Source: an uncultured Planctomycetaceae bacterium
Lineage (GTDB): Bacteria > Planctomycetota > Planctomycetia > Planctomycetales > Planctomycetaceae
Length of the DNA stretch: 64,000 nt
Direction: 5' to 3'
NCBI GenBank assembly: GCA_963813715.1
Contig: CAWFAK010000017.1
Span: 224,001 to 288,000, forward strand
In this document: positions 21,024 to 31,830 of the stretch, in pieces
How the letters are laid out: each line of letters opens with the position of its first letter
How positions within the stretch are numbered: the first letter of the stretch is position 1
Notes under the pieces: model-generated
The model's database searches: none
What the model was told of the DNA's origin: nothing
What the model saw: only the letters and a program-made list of their open reading frames with translations
Program-made: the position numbers and the translations under genes

Positions 21024-21458
21024 CCTCCGAGCAGGCAAATGTCATTGCTTCGTCGCTTTGCGAGCAGGCCAAGGATGTATGTCGCGCGGGCCGACGATGA
21101 GGTCCGCACGCTTATCCACAAGTGTTGACACGCCTCATCGGAAAAATGGCGCCGAATTTGGCTGACGTCGCTGGATGTTCGGCCGCGGACCGGGCCTGGG
21201 CCATCACGGCACTGGCTGTCGGCGGGCTGCTGTTTTCGCGCAGCCAATGACGAGGAGATCTCCGATCGCATCCTCGCCGTAGTCGCCCCAGTTCAAGAAC
21301 GAGGGACCTGGGCCGAACGCAGACTGAGAGACGAGCTTGTGGGGCTCGTCCTAGCGTTCGTCGCTGCTGCGTCCTCGCAGCCGCGACGTACGCGCTAGCT
21401 CCCATGTAACTCTGGAAGCCAAGCCGCCGAGTAAACCTGGCCGTCTAAGTGCGTCAAG

Positions 21459-21493
21459 TCCCCGCCGGTGTCCCCACCACGGCGGGGATTATT
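21459..21493. terminator. Hairpin between convergent genes, possible terminator
   Basis: Perfect 9-bp stem TCCCCGCCG/CGGCGGGGA, 12-nt loop, followed by TTATT. Confidence 0.45.
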
Positions 21494-21530
21494 CACAACG
21501 TCCGGTCGGGTGAAGGTGGCCTTCGCGTTT

Positions 21531-22885
21531 TCAATTCCTTAGCGACGCAATCAAATCGTGCGCGGCTTGGATTCCGCTTTCGATCGCTCCATGGACGGAG
21601 GCGACGTTGCCTGGCTTGTCTTTGACGCCAACGGCTTCGCCGGCGAAGAACAAGGTGTCGGCCACCGGCTTGCCGAGAGCTTCCCTGGCATCCGGGAACG
21701 TGTCGTCCGGGAGTGCAGAGTAGCCGCTGCGGCTGTAAGGATCGTCGTGCCACACGCGCCACTCGGCGCGCACGAAGAGATCACGGATCCGCTCGTTCCG
21801 GAACATGTGGACGAGTTGATTGATGATCGCTTGTGGCGGGTCGGGGTGGTGTCCGAAACGATCGGCCGCATCGCCACCCACAAGGTGTGTGAGCAGGTGC
21901 CGTCGCCCGCGGCGTCGCCAGAGAGAAGTCGGCCAGTGCAATTGTGAGTCGAGGGCGCTCGCCAGAAATGCCATCCCCTCGGGCCAGAACGACTTGCCGC
22001 GGTGCAGGGGCGAAAGCTCGTGACCATTTTGAACGCTTTGCCCGCACGCAACGCGTCGATCGCCTCAGCCTTCGACGAGGGGAGCGGATCGTCGAAGATC
22101 ACATCGCCTTGCTGGAGCACTCCTAGTGGCAACGTCACGAGGACCGCACGGGATTGGAGCTTCAGGTTGCGGGCGAACACGCTGGCGCTGCCGGGTTCCC
22201 ATTCAATTCGGTGAACGGGCCGGTTGAGACGGATGTCGAGGCTTGCCTCCTCCGAGGCGCGGTGAAGCAGGGCCGAGTAGCCTTGGTCCACGTGGAAGTT
22301 TGCTTCAAAACCGGTGACATCGGGTTCAAGCCAGCCTTCGAGTGTGAGTACCGTCGGTTCGACGGAATGATCGTTCTTGATGAGCTGCTCGATGTATCGG
22401 CGCGTGACGGCCGAACGAGCCAGAATCTCGGCGCCCTCAGGTGTGCCGAGAAACACGGGAAGGGGTGCGGCTCCCCCACCCGCGCGTCGGAAACGCTCCG
22501 CCAATCGGCGCAGTTCATGCAGCAACAGTTGTGGCGGCCGAGGCAATTCGGAGTCTGGGACAAGCTGGCCGTCAAACCAGGAGTAAGTCTCGCCCACGTG
22601 GGGAACCAAAGTCAGGCCGTATTCGACGCTGAGCTGATGAACGATGTTGCTTTCGCCGTGAACAAATTCAGCCCCGAGCTCGATGGGGTGACGGGCGAGG
22701 GAGCGCCGGGTGAAAATGCGGCCTCCGATACGATTGCGAGCCTCCACGCAGATCGCCGTAAGTCCGCAGCGTAGCAGCTCGCGCATGGCGAACACGCCGG
22801 CGGCTCCTGCGCCGATGACGATGACATCGGCACGAACCGGCAGTGCGCGTTGACGAGGTCGATCAGGCGTTGAAGATTGCTTCAT
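21531..22885 (-). CDS. Flavin monoamine oxidase family protein; frameshift near 22000
   Basis: IGAGAAG, EARNRIGGRI, ELGAEFVHG; second frame has W..DPYSRSGYS, LFFAGEA, VHGAIESG. Confidence 0.9.
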
Positions 22886-23179
22886 AACGAAACGGCTAAC
22901 GGTTTAATTCCATCAAGGAAGGACCACCATTTGCCATTGGCTTGTCGACTACCGCATACGGCCGCCCTAACGGCCAAGCTTGCTCGTGACCTGGCGAATT
23001 GCAACCCGGTTACCGGGCGAATTGGGCTGCGCTCAACAGGCAGCGCGAGTCCCCTTTGCCGGATCGGATTGGAGTCTGTCCAATGGTGCGTCTTCTCCGG
23101 AGACAAAACGGCAGCATCAGAAGTCCAGACTGAAGCCCCGCCTTTCATATCCCCCAACAGCGCCGTGAACACAGCGATC

Positions 23180-23580
23180 GCTCAGCGAGCCTGGCGGCTC
23201 TCATGTTGGGAGCTTTGAGGGTTGTATTCGGCGATATCGGCACGAGTCCCTTATACACGTTGAAGGAGTTTGATCGCTGCTGGAGGTGCCAAAGCAACCG
23301 TCGCCGATTTGTACGGCATCGTATCGCTCATGCTGCGGGCGCTCGTGATGCCGGTGACCGTCAAGTATCCTGCTTCGTGATGCGCGCCGACCACATGGCG
23401 AGGGGGGGGCATTTTCGCCTTGCTGGCCATCGTGCCCGAGCGGTTCCGCGCGCATAACACGCGCAAAGGGCGGATCACGGCAATGGCCATGCTGGCGGTC
23501 GTCGGAGCCTCGCTGCTGTCGCGCCAGCCAGCTCGAATTGCCCAACGTCTGTTTCATGGGCACGAACATCGTCAGCGGCA
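23180..23580 (+). pseudogene. kup: Degraded N-terminal fragment of a KUP/HAK/KT potassium transporter
   Basis: LGAL.VVFGDIGTSPLY.LKE, then KY...VMRAD and GGIFALL in shifting frames; truncated. Confidence 0.8.
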
Positions 23581-23796
23581 CGGCCGCTCGCCGCGGCACG
23601 CAACACTGATCGGTGCGCAGAGAGCAGGTCGACCGACTCTGCAGCGGGCGGTATAAAGGAACCCGTCAATCCGGGAGTCGGCAACACAACCACGGGCGAG
23701 CCAAATCCCGATTGGGACGGACTCCACGCACCATCTTCTCCCTGGCGAACGCGAACCTCCGGTCTTAATGGCCCTTTCTTGGTCGAGACGGAATTC

Positions 23797-25794
23797 TCAA
23801 TAAGCAACGTTCGGAAGTTCCGAGTCGGTCGAAGTCGATGTCGACGCGGCCTGGATCCGGGACCTCCTTTTGGAACGCACTGCTCCGACGACCAACGCCC
23901 CGATGAGACAGACATTTACGGTTGTCAAGATTACTGCACCGAGTGTTTCCGCTGAAAACCGGCCCACGAGCGGGGCCCACCACGGAGTCCGGTGAACTAA
24001 CCCTTCGGCCGCTGGAGCAATCTCGAAAAAGCCGGTCATCATCTCGTCGAATGTTTGCCCTCCCCACCCAACCGTGGCCTTTGGGTCTGGGTTATTGAGG
24101 TTGGCCCCGGAATTATCGTAGTGTGCTACGCAGTTGATGACGGTCCCGCGCGGCATAATCTTTGGCTCTCGGAGGCGATAAGTTGTTTGCCAGCCGAAGT
24201 CGTAGTGAGGCACTGACAACAACATTTCCCGATGGCCATCAGGGTAGGTGGCTTCGTAACAAAAATCCTTGCCGCGCAGGTGCATGTGAGGGAGCATTGA
24301 CAGCAGCAGTGAGTCACGCTGGAAAATATACTCAGAACGTACTTCTTGGTTGAAAACGCCAGGTGGAATTTGAAAGGCTTTGTTAAATGCGCACGAGACG
24401 GTCACCTCGCGGTCGACTGACCGCGGATCGGCGAACTTAATGCCCAGGTAGCTGCGGTCCTGCTGTGGCGAGCCGTTGGGGGTGTAGTGGACATTAAAGA
24501 GGAGCTTTGAACCCGCTGGGAAACGACGGGCGAATCCGGAAGACAACTGATCCGGCACCAAACCGGGAGCGAAGCCTGCGAAGTAGCTTTCGTCCTCACG
24601 CAATGGGTCGAATGAGTTTGCGTCCGCCGGCAGCGAGTAGACTAGAATGTGATGTACGACCGACCGGTTGCCCGGTCGCAGCTCAATGGCCGAAATCCAA
24701 CGATCCTCTTTCCAACCGGGGTCGACGACAAAGACTTTATAGGGAACTACGCCGTTCGCCGGAACGTTGAACGGCTCAGGTGACATATAAATGATTTGAT
24801 CCGGCTGGGGAATCATCCACTTGTCAGCAAAAGTTGGCGGTTCCGGCAAAGCCTTCGGATCTCCCTGCGGCGCCCCGGCGGTCGCCCATTCTGCGAGAAT
24901 GAGTTTTTCCTTGTCGCTGAGGCGCGAGTCGTTAAGGAATGATCCGTAATTGGGATCGGCATGCCAGGGCGGCATGCGGTTCAATTCGGTCACCTCGGCG
25001 ATCATGTCGGCCCATCCAGCGACTTCTTCATACGATGTCAAAGCGAAAGGGGCGATTTGCTGCGGTCGGTGGCAGGTTACGCATCGCTTATTGAGGATTG
25101 GCGCGACGTCTTTCGCATAGGTGAAAGACAGGTGCGCCGCCGGTTCGCGATCCCGACCGATCAGGCATCCGGCCGCCTGAGTTTCGGTGACGGAAACTGG
25201 CTTGCCGGCCAGCAACTCGTCGATCGCACATTGAAGGTCCCTCCGCTCCGGCTTGGGTTTGTGATAGCCGGCCGTCCGATTAGTTGGCATGAACCCAAAC
25301 TGGTCGTCAATGCGTCCCCGGTAGCGGATTCTGCGCTCGCGGTCTAGGACGACTATCTGCGGGGTCCTCGTCGCCCCAAGTCGGTTGGCAATTGTCTGCC
25401 GCAGGTCTTTGAGAATCTGGAATGTGATTTCATGCCGCCGTGCAAAAGCGCCGATTTCAGTTACCGAATCTTGTCGATTCGAGTCCACGGCAATGAAGAC
25501 GACACCGCTCGATTTGTATTTTCCGGCGAGTTCGACAAGTCGCGGCGAATACAACTTCGCAAGGGGGCAGTCGACACCCAGAAAAGCAAACACGATCAAC
25601 TTGTCGCGGCCGACCTGAGTCAACGAAAAAGTCGCCCCCAAGATGTCCTTGGCGGCCAGGTCTTTGACGACGTCGCCGATCGCTGCCTTGCCCGGTACTC
25701 CACCCTCCACCGACTGAACGGAGGTGAACACTAACCATCCGGCGATTAACACAAGAGATTGCCGGCGCACAACCAACTCCGACTCTGGTAGCAA
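23797..25794 (-). CDS. Exported redoxin + CxxCH + copper type II monooxygenase-like protein
   Basis: AhpC/TSA-like N-terminus (DCPL, ATRTP, YRGRIDDQ), CVTCH, MPPW, VHH, PHMHLRG, DEMM; C-terminal TM. Confidence 0.85.
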   Translation of the reverse strand: MLPESELVVRRQSLVLIAGWLVFTSVQSVEGGVPGKAAIGDVVKDLAAKDILGATFSLTQVGRDKLIVFAFLGVDCPLAKLYSPRLVELAGKYKSSGVVFIAVDSNRQDSVTEIGAFARRHEITFQILKDLRQTIANRLGATRTPQIVVLDRERRIRYRGRIDDQFGFMPTNRTAGYHKPKPERRDLQCAIDELLAGKPVSVTETQAAGCLIGRDREPAAHLSFTYAKDVAPILNKRCVTCHRPQQIAPFALTSYEEVAGWADMIAEVTELNRMPPWHADPNYGSFLNDSRLSDKEKLILAEWATAGAPQGDPKALPEPPTFADKWMIPQPDQIIYMSPEPFNVPANGVVPYKVFVVDPGWKEDRWISAIELRPGNRSVVHHILVYSLPADANSFDPLREDESYFAGFAPGLVPDQLSSGFARRFPAGSKLLFNVHYTPNGSPQQDRSYLGIKFADPRSVDREVTVSCAFNKAFQIPPGVFNQEVRSEYIFQRDSLLLSMLPHMHLRGKDFCYEATYPDGHREMLLSVPHYDFGWQTTYRLREPKIMPRGTVINCVAHYDNSGANLNNPDPKATVGWGGQTFDEMMTGFFEIAPAAEGLVHRTPWWAPLVGRFSAETLGAVILTTVNVCLIGALVVGAVRSKRRSRIQAASTSTSTDSELPNVAY

Positions 25795-25808
25795 CTCGGG
25801 TAACCGCT

Positions 25809-26948
25809 CTAATCAAACGGCAGAGCCGAATCTCCGCTGGTCAGATTGGAGTGCAAATCCTGCCAGACCTGCGGATCGATGTTGTCGCTGATGTAGTGAG
25901 CCGAACCGTCAAGCATCAAAATATGCACGCCCAGAGGATGCATGCTGCGGGAAGTGGCTTGAATTGAGACCTCGATTCCGTTGGCCTTGCTCACCTGACA
26001 TGGCATACCCATCTGCGTTAGCCGTGGCAATCCGTACTTCGCAATCAAGGCGGAGCAGCCAACGATGTCGTCGGCATTTGGAGACAGGTTATTCGGCGGG
26101 CCTGTGTTGCCCAGATTGTAAATCCCGTGGCAACAGGTGATGCTCGCACCGACCATGCCCAGCGCCCAAACGCCGCGCGGATCAAGGGGGTCGACGCCGG
26201 CACGAATTTCATCGATAGCCGTCATCCGGCTCGTTCCGCCGGGAAAATCTCGCAGACGAAACGATTTGTTGACGCCTCCTAGGCCGGTCCCCCACACGAC
26301 CATATTCTTATTTAGCAAATCGGGGTCGGCCACGTTGTAGCCGTTCGTGCACCCCGAAACGGACATGTAACACTGCCGATCGGGTCCGCCGTTGAACGCA
26401 TAATTTCCGCGTGCATAGGTGTGCCCGGTGGTCACGCCCGAAAACGTGGCCCGCTCATACGGCTTCGTATTATTGGGATCACTCGGGCAAAGCATGACTG
26501 AGAGAAATGTCGAGCGGACCTCAGCGTTGGCAGGATCGTCGATCGGCTTGCTCATGTCGAGCTTCGCATAAGCATTCTGTTGATCGAGCTGAGCCAGGAG
26601 CATAACCGCCCAGTTGGCGAGGACGCGATCGGGCCCCTTGGCAGGTGAATACCCGATCGCCACGCGGTCAATCGGCCCTACGGAGCAAACGCCGCCCCCC
26701 AACGGCTCCCCTGGCCCTCCGTTCCAAGTCACTGCTGGCGGCAGGCAGGAGTGTGATTCGTGATAGTTGTGCAGCGCGACGCCGATCTGGCGGAGGTTAT
26801 TGAAACACTGCGTCGCGCGCGCGGACTCACGCGCTGCCTGCACCGCCGGCAACAACAACGCCGCCAGCAGGCCGATGATACCAATCACGATTATCAGCTC
26901 GATTATCGTGAAACCGGATTTGGAACCGACTGGCGCGCATCGTTTCAT
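25809..26948 (-). CDS. DUF1559 prepilin-type N-terminal cleavage/methylation protein
   Basis: [43 protein letters not shown]-terminal SMHPLG....MLDGS. Confidence 0.95.
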   Translation of the reverse strand: MKRCAPVGSKSGFTIIELIIVIGIIGLLAALLLPAVQAARESARATQCFNNLRQIGVALHNYHESHSCLPPAVTWNGGPGEPLGGGVCSVGPIDRVAIGYSPAKGPDRVLANWAVMLLAQLDQQNAYAKLDMSKPIDDPANAEVRSTFLSVMLCPSDPNNTKPYERATFSGVTTGHTYARGNYAFNGGPDRQCYMSVSGCTNGYNVADPDLLNKNMVVWGTGLGGVNKSFRLRDFPGGTSRMTAIDEIRAGVDPLDPRGVWALGMVGASITCCHGIYNLGNTGPPNNLSPNADDIVGCSALIAKYGLPRLTQMGMPCQVSKANGIEVSIQATSRSMHPLGVHILMLDGSAHYISDNIDPQVWQDLHSNLTSGDSALPFD

Positions 26949-27791
26949 CGGTATTGCCCCCGCGGATTCCCGATCGCCCCGGATCGGGGACAGCATCCGC
27001 TCGGAAGCCATGGGAGCTGGGGTGCGCCAATCAACTGCGTGGATCTTGCCAAGTGAACCAGAGCCATGTCGCCTCCTAGAGCAGTTCGTCAGTTCCCGGG
27101 AGGAAGCCTCGCTCCCAATTTGCAGGGCGGCTCTCGGAGCGAGGCAGCTTTGCGAGATGGATGTAAGCTAAGTTACGGCGAGCCCGGCAGAATTGCCAGT
27201 ACGTGTGCAAAGAAGCTCCTCGACAAATGAATCGATTCCCTTTCCGTGGCGACTCTCAACCGCTCAATACTGAAAGTACAAAAAGCTCTGCCAGTCGCTC
27301 GAATCGCCACGAGCATGAGAGCCAGCGCGATTGAGACGCTCCACCACGGCACGCGGATGGCGAGGGGCTCCAGCGGGGTGTTGCGGCAGCGAGTGAACGA
27401 CCAGCACAGCCGCGAAGAATGAATGCGAATGAGCTAAAAGGCATCGCGAGCGGCTACGGATGTCGCGGATTGGCCCGTCTGAACGTAGGGCAGAGGAGTT
27501 GAGTTGCGAACGGAATCCAGATTCTGAGAACATGCTTGTAAGGATCGAAATCGCTTGGAAAAACGGCGGCACAACGGCCCGTCGAATCCTCGAGCGACTC
27601 CGCGACGAGCACGGCTGTCCCAAAAAAAAGCGTGAGGGGCGCGGATCCCACACGTCCCGCCCGACCAAATGGCGCGACATATTGAGCAGGTCGAGAACAG
27701 CAATAGGTCGCCATGGATTGCGACGCTTGGACAATACTCGTCGAATTATTCGCAAAAAAGAACGGCAGCGCTGCGACATGGAGCGCGATGA

Positions 27792-29051
27792 ATGAACGGA
27801 AGCCGCCGAGAGGTTGTAGTGACGGGAATGGGGGCGGTTTCCCCGTTCGGGATCGGCATTGCACCTCTGTGGAACGGCGTGAGCGCGGGGCACAGCGGCA
27901 TCGATTGGATCAAATCTCTCGGCGAACTCGATCCCGAGAACTATCCAGTCCGCTACGCTGGGGAAGTCTCCGGCTTTGACGTCGACAAGCTTTTGGCCAA
28001 ACACTGCGAAGTGCGTCTCGAAAAGAGCGTGCAAATGGGGCTGGTGGCCGCGCATGAGGCACTTGAGCACGCCGGCCTCCTCAACGAGTCTCAAATCGCT
28101 CCGCCGGATGCCAATCCAATTGCCGTCATCGCGGGCAGCGGACATGGCGCCTGCCACGAGCCCGAGTCACAGTACGTTGCATACTTTTCCCGGGGACCAC
28201 GGGCGGTGCGTCCGACCGCGATTGCGAAAGGAATGTTTAACTCACTTTCGAGCAATGTTTCGATTCACTTCGGACTGACGGGCCCCAATCACGTGATCGC
28301 CTCGGCGTGTTCATCTGGGACAGCCGCGATCGGTCTGGCTTTGCTACTCATTCGTCAGGGGTGGGCAGATATCGTGCTTTGTGGCGGCGCGGATGCCCCT
28401 TTCACGCCAGTGATGTTTACCGGCTGGACTAGTATGCGTGTGATGGCACGGCACACGAATCCGCAAAAGGCTTCGCGCCCTTTCGACCGCCAGCGCAATG
28501 GACTTGTTCTTTCCGAAGGCGCGGCGATGGTAGTGCTCGAATCGCGAGCAAGCGCAGAGCGCCGACGCGTCGCAACGTTGGCGACAATCCTAGGTTATGG
28601 CACGTCCAGCGATGCGCACCACATTACGGCACCCACAGTGGCCGGGCAGGTCGCCGCTATGCGGTCGTGCCTTGCGGACGCCCAACTGGAGTGCGAACGC
28701 GTTGACTACTTGAATCTGCACGGCACGGCGACTCGGGCCAACGACGAGACCGAGGGCCACGGGGTCGCCGAAGTGTTCGGGCCGCGCGGCGCCTCCATGC
28801 CGGCCAGCTCGACCAAGTCGATGCTCGGCCATGCGCGAGGCGCAAGCGGAGCGCTCGAGTTCATCATCTGCGTCGAAGCCCTCCGCCACGGATTCGTGCC
28901 GCCGACGATCAACTGCGAGGAGCCCGATCCCGACGTCGGTCTCGACTATGTGCCGCTCGTGGGCCGACACCATCCCGTGCGGGTCGCAATGTCGAACTCG
29001 TTCGCCTTTGGCGGCAACAACGCGTGCATACTTTTGGGAAGGAACCAATGA
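27792..29051 (+). CDS. fabF: Beta-ketoacyl-ACP synthase II family
   Basis: ACSSG, HGT and KSMLGH catalytic Cys-His-His; SRPFD; SNSFAFGGNN. Confidence 0.92.
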   Translation: MNGSRREVVVTGMGAVSPFGIGIAPLWNGVSAGHSGIDWIKSLGELDPENYPVRYAGEVSGFDVDKLLAKHCEVRLEKSVQMGLVAAHEALEHAGLLNESQIAPPDANPIAVIAGSGHGACHEPESQYVAYFSRGPRAVRPTAIAKGMFNSLSSNVSIHFGLTGPNHVIASACSSGTAAIGLALLLIRQGWADIVLCGGADAPFTPVMFTGWTSMRVMARHTNPQKASRPFDRQRNGLVLSEGAAMVVLESRASAERRRVATLATILGYGTSSDAHHITAPTVAGQVAAMRSCLADAQLECERVDYLNLHGTATRANDETEGHGVAEVFGPRGASMPASSTKSMLGHARGASGALEFIICVEALRHGFVPPTINCEEPDPDVGLDYVPLVGRHHPVRVAMSNSFAFGGNNACILLGRNQ

Positions 29052-29317
29052 GCACGGAGGCCCGCGTCCACGTCATCGAGCAGCTGAAATCTACCTTCTC
29101 GAAAGTCTCGAACGGACGAGCCAAAGTGGATCAACTGCCGGAGGATGCTCGGATTATTGAAGACATTGGCCTCGCTTCACTCGACTTGTTGGAATTGCGC
29201 TTTGAACTCGAAGCGGTATGGAATGCGACGATCACGGACGAAGAAGCGATCTCGCTAAAAACGGTTTCCAATGTTGTCGATCTGGTCATCGAGAAGTCGA
29301 AGACAGCGAGACCGTGA
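29048..29317 (+). CDS. Acyl carrier protein
   Basis: DIGLASLDLLEL pantetheine-Ser motif; ATGA overlap with the ketosynthase. Confidence 0.88.
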   Translation: MSTEARVHVIEQLKSTFSKVSNGRAKVDQLPEDARIIEDIGLASLDLLELRFELEAVWNATITDEEAISLKTVSNVVDLVIEKSKTARP

Positions 29318-29503
29318 AGTTAAAACTGCCGGTCAGACGTTTGAAATTGTTGCGGCTAGAGCATCCCCTGGAATGAGGTCATTTATCGCGGACGAGGCAA
29401 TGAGGGATCGTCGGCGTTTTCACACGAGACCATTTTTCGAGACGTTTTGAGCGAGGTGGCTGGAATCACCTGCGTCCTCTGACCCTCGCATGTCGACCCC
29501 TAC

Positions 29504-31408
29504 GTGCGATTTTCGTCGATTAAGTATCGCCTAGCCCAAGGCCGAAGCGAACACGCGGGTGCGAGTCTCTCGGATTTCACCATGATTGCTGCGACCGGAG
29601 CTTCAGTCGGGAACGACGCTCGAGTCGGCCGCCGCATCGTGCGCGCGCTGGGAGTTTCCGGCCTGCTCTGTTGTCAGGCCGTCCTACTGGCTTGGAGCGC
29701 CAGTCTTCACTCGCCGACGATCGACGAGGCGCGGTGGCTTCCGGCTGGCATCCGGCACTGGCAGACGGGGACCTTCGATACGGCGATCGTCAACCCACCG
29801 ACTGTGCGAATGTTAGCGGCCGCGCCTGTGGCCTGGGCTCTGACCGGCGAGAGACGCGACGACGCCCACCTGAATGATGGGGGCGATCTGGTTCGGAGAT
29901 ACGGCGCTCGATCCTTTTGGTTGTTCACTCTCGGAAGGTGGGCCTGCATTCCGATCAGCCTCGTCGGCGGATTTGTCTGTTATTCGTGGGCGCGGCGACT
30001 TTACGGGGCGGCGTCTGGATTTGTCGCGCTGACTCTATGGTGCTTCTGCCCGAACATCCTGGCCCATGGACAGTTGATCTCAAACGATTGCGCCGCGGCC
30101 GCGTTTGGTATCGCCGCGACTTACACGTTCTGGCGCTGGCTAAGACAGCCAACGTGGGGCCTGACATTCGCCGCGGGACTCGTCTTGGGTGTCGCCGAAT
30201 TGGCCAAGATGAGCTTGTTAATCTTGATCTTTGCCTTTCCCATTATGTGGGTCGTTTGGCGGTTGACGGGTGAGAAGAAGGACGGCCAGGTTGGATGGGC
30301 TCTTTCGACTGCTCAACTCTGCTGTATTTTGCTTTTGGCGCTAGACGTGCTTAACGCCGGCTATCTGTTCGAGGGAACTTGCCGACCCCTGAAAGAATTC
30401 CGTTTTATGAGCAAGTTTCTTGGCGGTCCCGACGCGCAAAACCAAGGCGGCGGCTACCGCTTTGCCGGATCATTGCTCGGGGAAGTGCCTGTTCCATTGC
30501 CGGAGAACTATGTTCGCGGTTTCGATGAAACAAAGCATCAATTGGAAGTCGGCAACCGCGTCCAGTTCTCTTATCTACGCGGCCAATGGGCGACCCGCGG
30601 GTGGTGGTACTTTTACCTCTACGCCCTCGCGATCAAGGTGCCCCTGGGGACTTGGTGCCTGCTGGCATTCTCAGCCGCGATGAGGTTCTCGAAGGTCGAC
30701 TCAATTGTCGCGTGGCGAGACGAGATGCTGCTTGTCGTTCCCCCCGTGCTCTTGCTGACGGTCGCAAGTTCGCAGCTAGGATTCACCGATCATTTTCGCT
30801 ACCTGCTCCCCATGCTGCCGTTCGCATTCGTCTGGATCAGTCGCATCGCCGCCATCGCCATCGTTCGTCCGCGGACGCTGGGCATCGCGGCAGCAGCGGC
30901 GTTAGCCTGGTCGGTGGGGAGCAGTCTGGCGATTTATCCGCACAGCCTGTCGTACTTCAACGAGCTCGTCGGTGGACCGAGCCGCGGACATTTTCATCTG
31001 CTAGGCAGCAACATCGACTACGGACAGGATCTTTTGTTCCTGAAGGATTGGTTAGACAAGCACCCCCAAGCCCGGCCCATGAAACTCGCGATCTGGAACA
31101 TGAGGACTGTCGATCCGGCAGTGGCTGGAATTGAGTACACCGTTGCACCTTCGGGACCTCCTCCCAACACGCCCCTAACCCCGGACTTGTCAACGAAGTT
31201 TGGCCCGCAGCCAGGCTGGTTTGCCGTGAACGTCAACGTGCTTCACGGTGACGACTGGCCGGGACGAGCAAGCGAGACGACCACCGGATACTATGGGTAC
31301 TTTCTGCAATTCACGCCCGTGGCCCGCGCGGGCTATTCAATTTACATCTACCACATCAATGCGACCGATACCGAGCGCTATTGGCATGACTCCACGATCG
31401 CACGTTGA
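29504..31408 (+). CDS. GT-C membrane glycosyltransferase (ArnT/PMT_2-like); start uncertain
   Basis: SPTIDE, NPP, PNILAHG.L, RYLLP, LSYFNELVGG, SNIDYGQDL; multiple TM. Confidence 0.85.
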   Translation: MRFSSIKYRLAQGRSEHAGASLSDFTMIAATGASVGNDARVGRRIVRALGVSGLLCCQAVLLAWSASLHSPTIDEARWLPAGIRHWQTGTFDTAIVNPPTVRMLAAAPVAWALTGERRDDAHLNDGGDLVRRYGARSFWLFTLGRWACIPISLVGGFVCYSWARRLYGAASGFVALTLWCFCPNILAHGQLISNDCAAAAFGIAATYTFWRWLRQPTWGLTFAAGLVLGVAELAKMSLLILIFAFPIMWVVWRLTGEKKDGQVGWALSTAQLCCILLLALDVLNAGYLFEGTCRPLKEFRFMSKFLGGPDAQNQGGGYRFAGSLLGEVPVPLPENYVRGFDETKHQLEVGNRVQFSYLRGQWATRGWWYFYLYALAIKVPLGTWCLLAFSAAMRFSKVDSIVAWRDEMLLVVPPVLLLTVASSQLGFTDHFRYLLPMLPFAFVWISRIAAIAIVRPRTLGIAAAAALAWSVGSSLAIYPHSLSYFNELVGGPSRGHFHLLGSNIDYGQDLLFLKDWLDKHPQARPMKLAIWNMRTVDPAVAGIEYTVAPSGPPPNTPLTPDLSTKFGPQPGWFAVNVNVLHGDDWPGRASETTTGYYGYFLQFTPVARAGYSIYIYHINATDTERYWHDSTIAR

Positions 31409-31830
31409 ATAGCGTCATCGGTGTGACAGCATCGGTTCGGCTTATTGCGAGATTCAACACGATCAAATGCTCATCGTGATCAGAATCATCCGCTTCTCAG
31501 TGATGTTTAGTTTACCCGCTTGCGAAGCTGTATACACCGCGACTCGTCGAGCTTGCGCTCAGATATCGCCCGAATGGCCTCGTCTTCTAGGGTGGACGCG
31601 AGCGTCGGCCCGGTCGCTACGTCGGTGCCACCATTTCAAAGCGAGCGTCTTTTTGACTGAGTGGTTGATCGCCATGACGACCGCGAACCTCCACATCGGT
31701 CGGCGTCTTTACCGACATTGGCGGTTCGCGAAAGGACGTGGCCTTGTTGACGCGCTGATCTCGTTGCCGTAAAGGTACTGTAGCGGTCTCGGACCGCGTC
31801 TCGTCCAGTTTCCGGGGGCCTCTGGAGAGG

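Noticed and set aside
23020..23160. c-di-AMP riboswitch upstream of the kup relic
   Set aside because: Conserved ydaO-type segments not recognisable
27264..27795. ORFs upstream of fabF
   Set aside because: Arg-rich shadow ORFs with no motifs; probably a divergent promoter region
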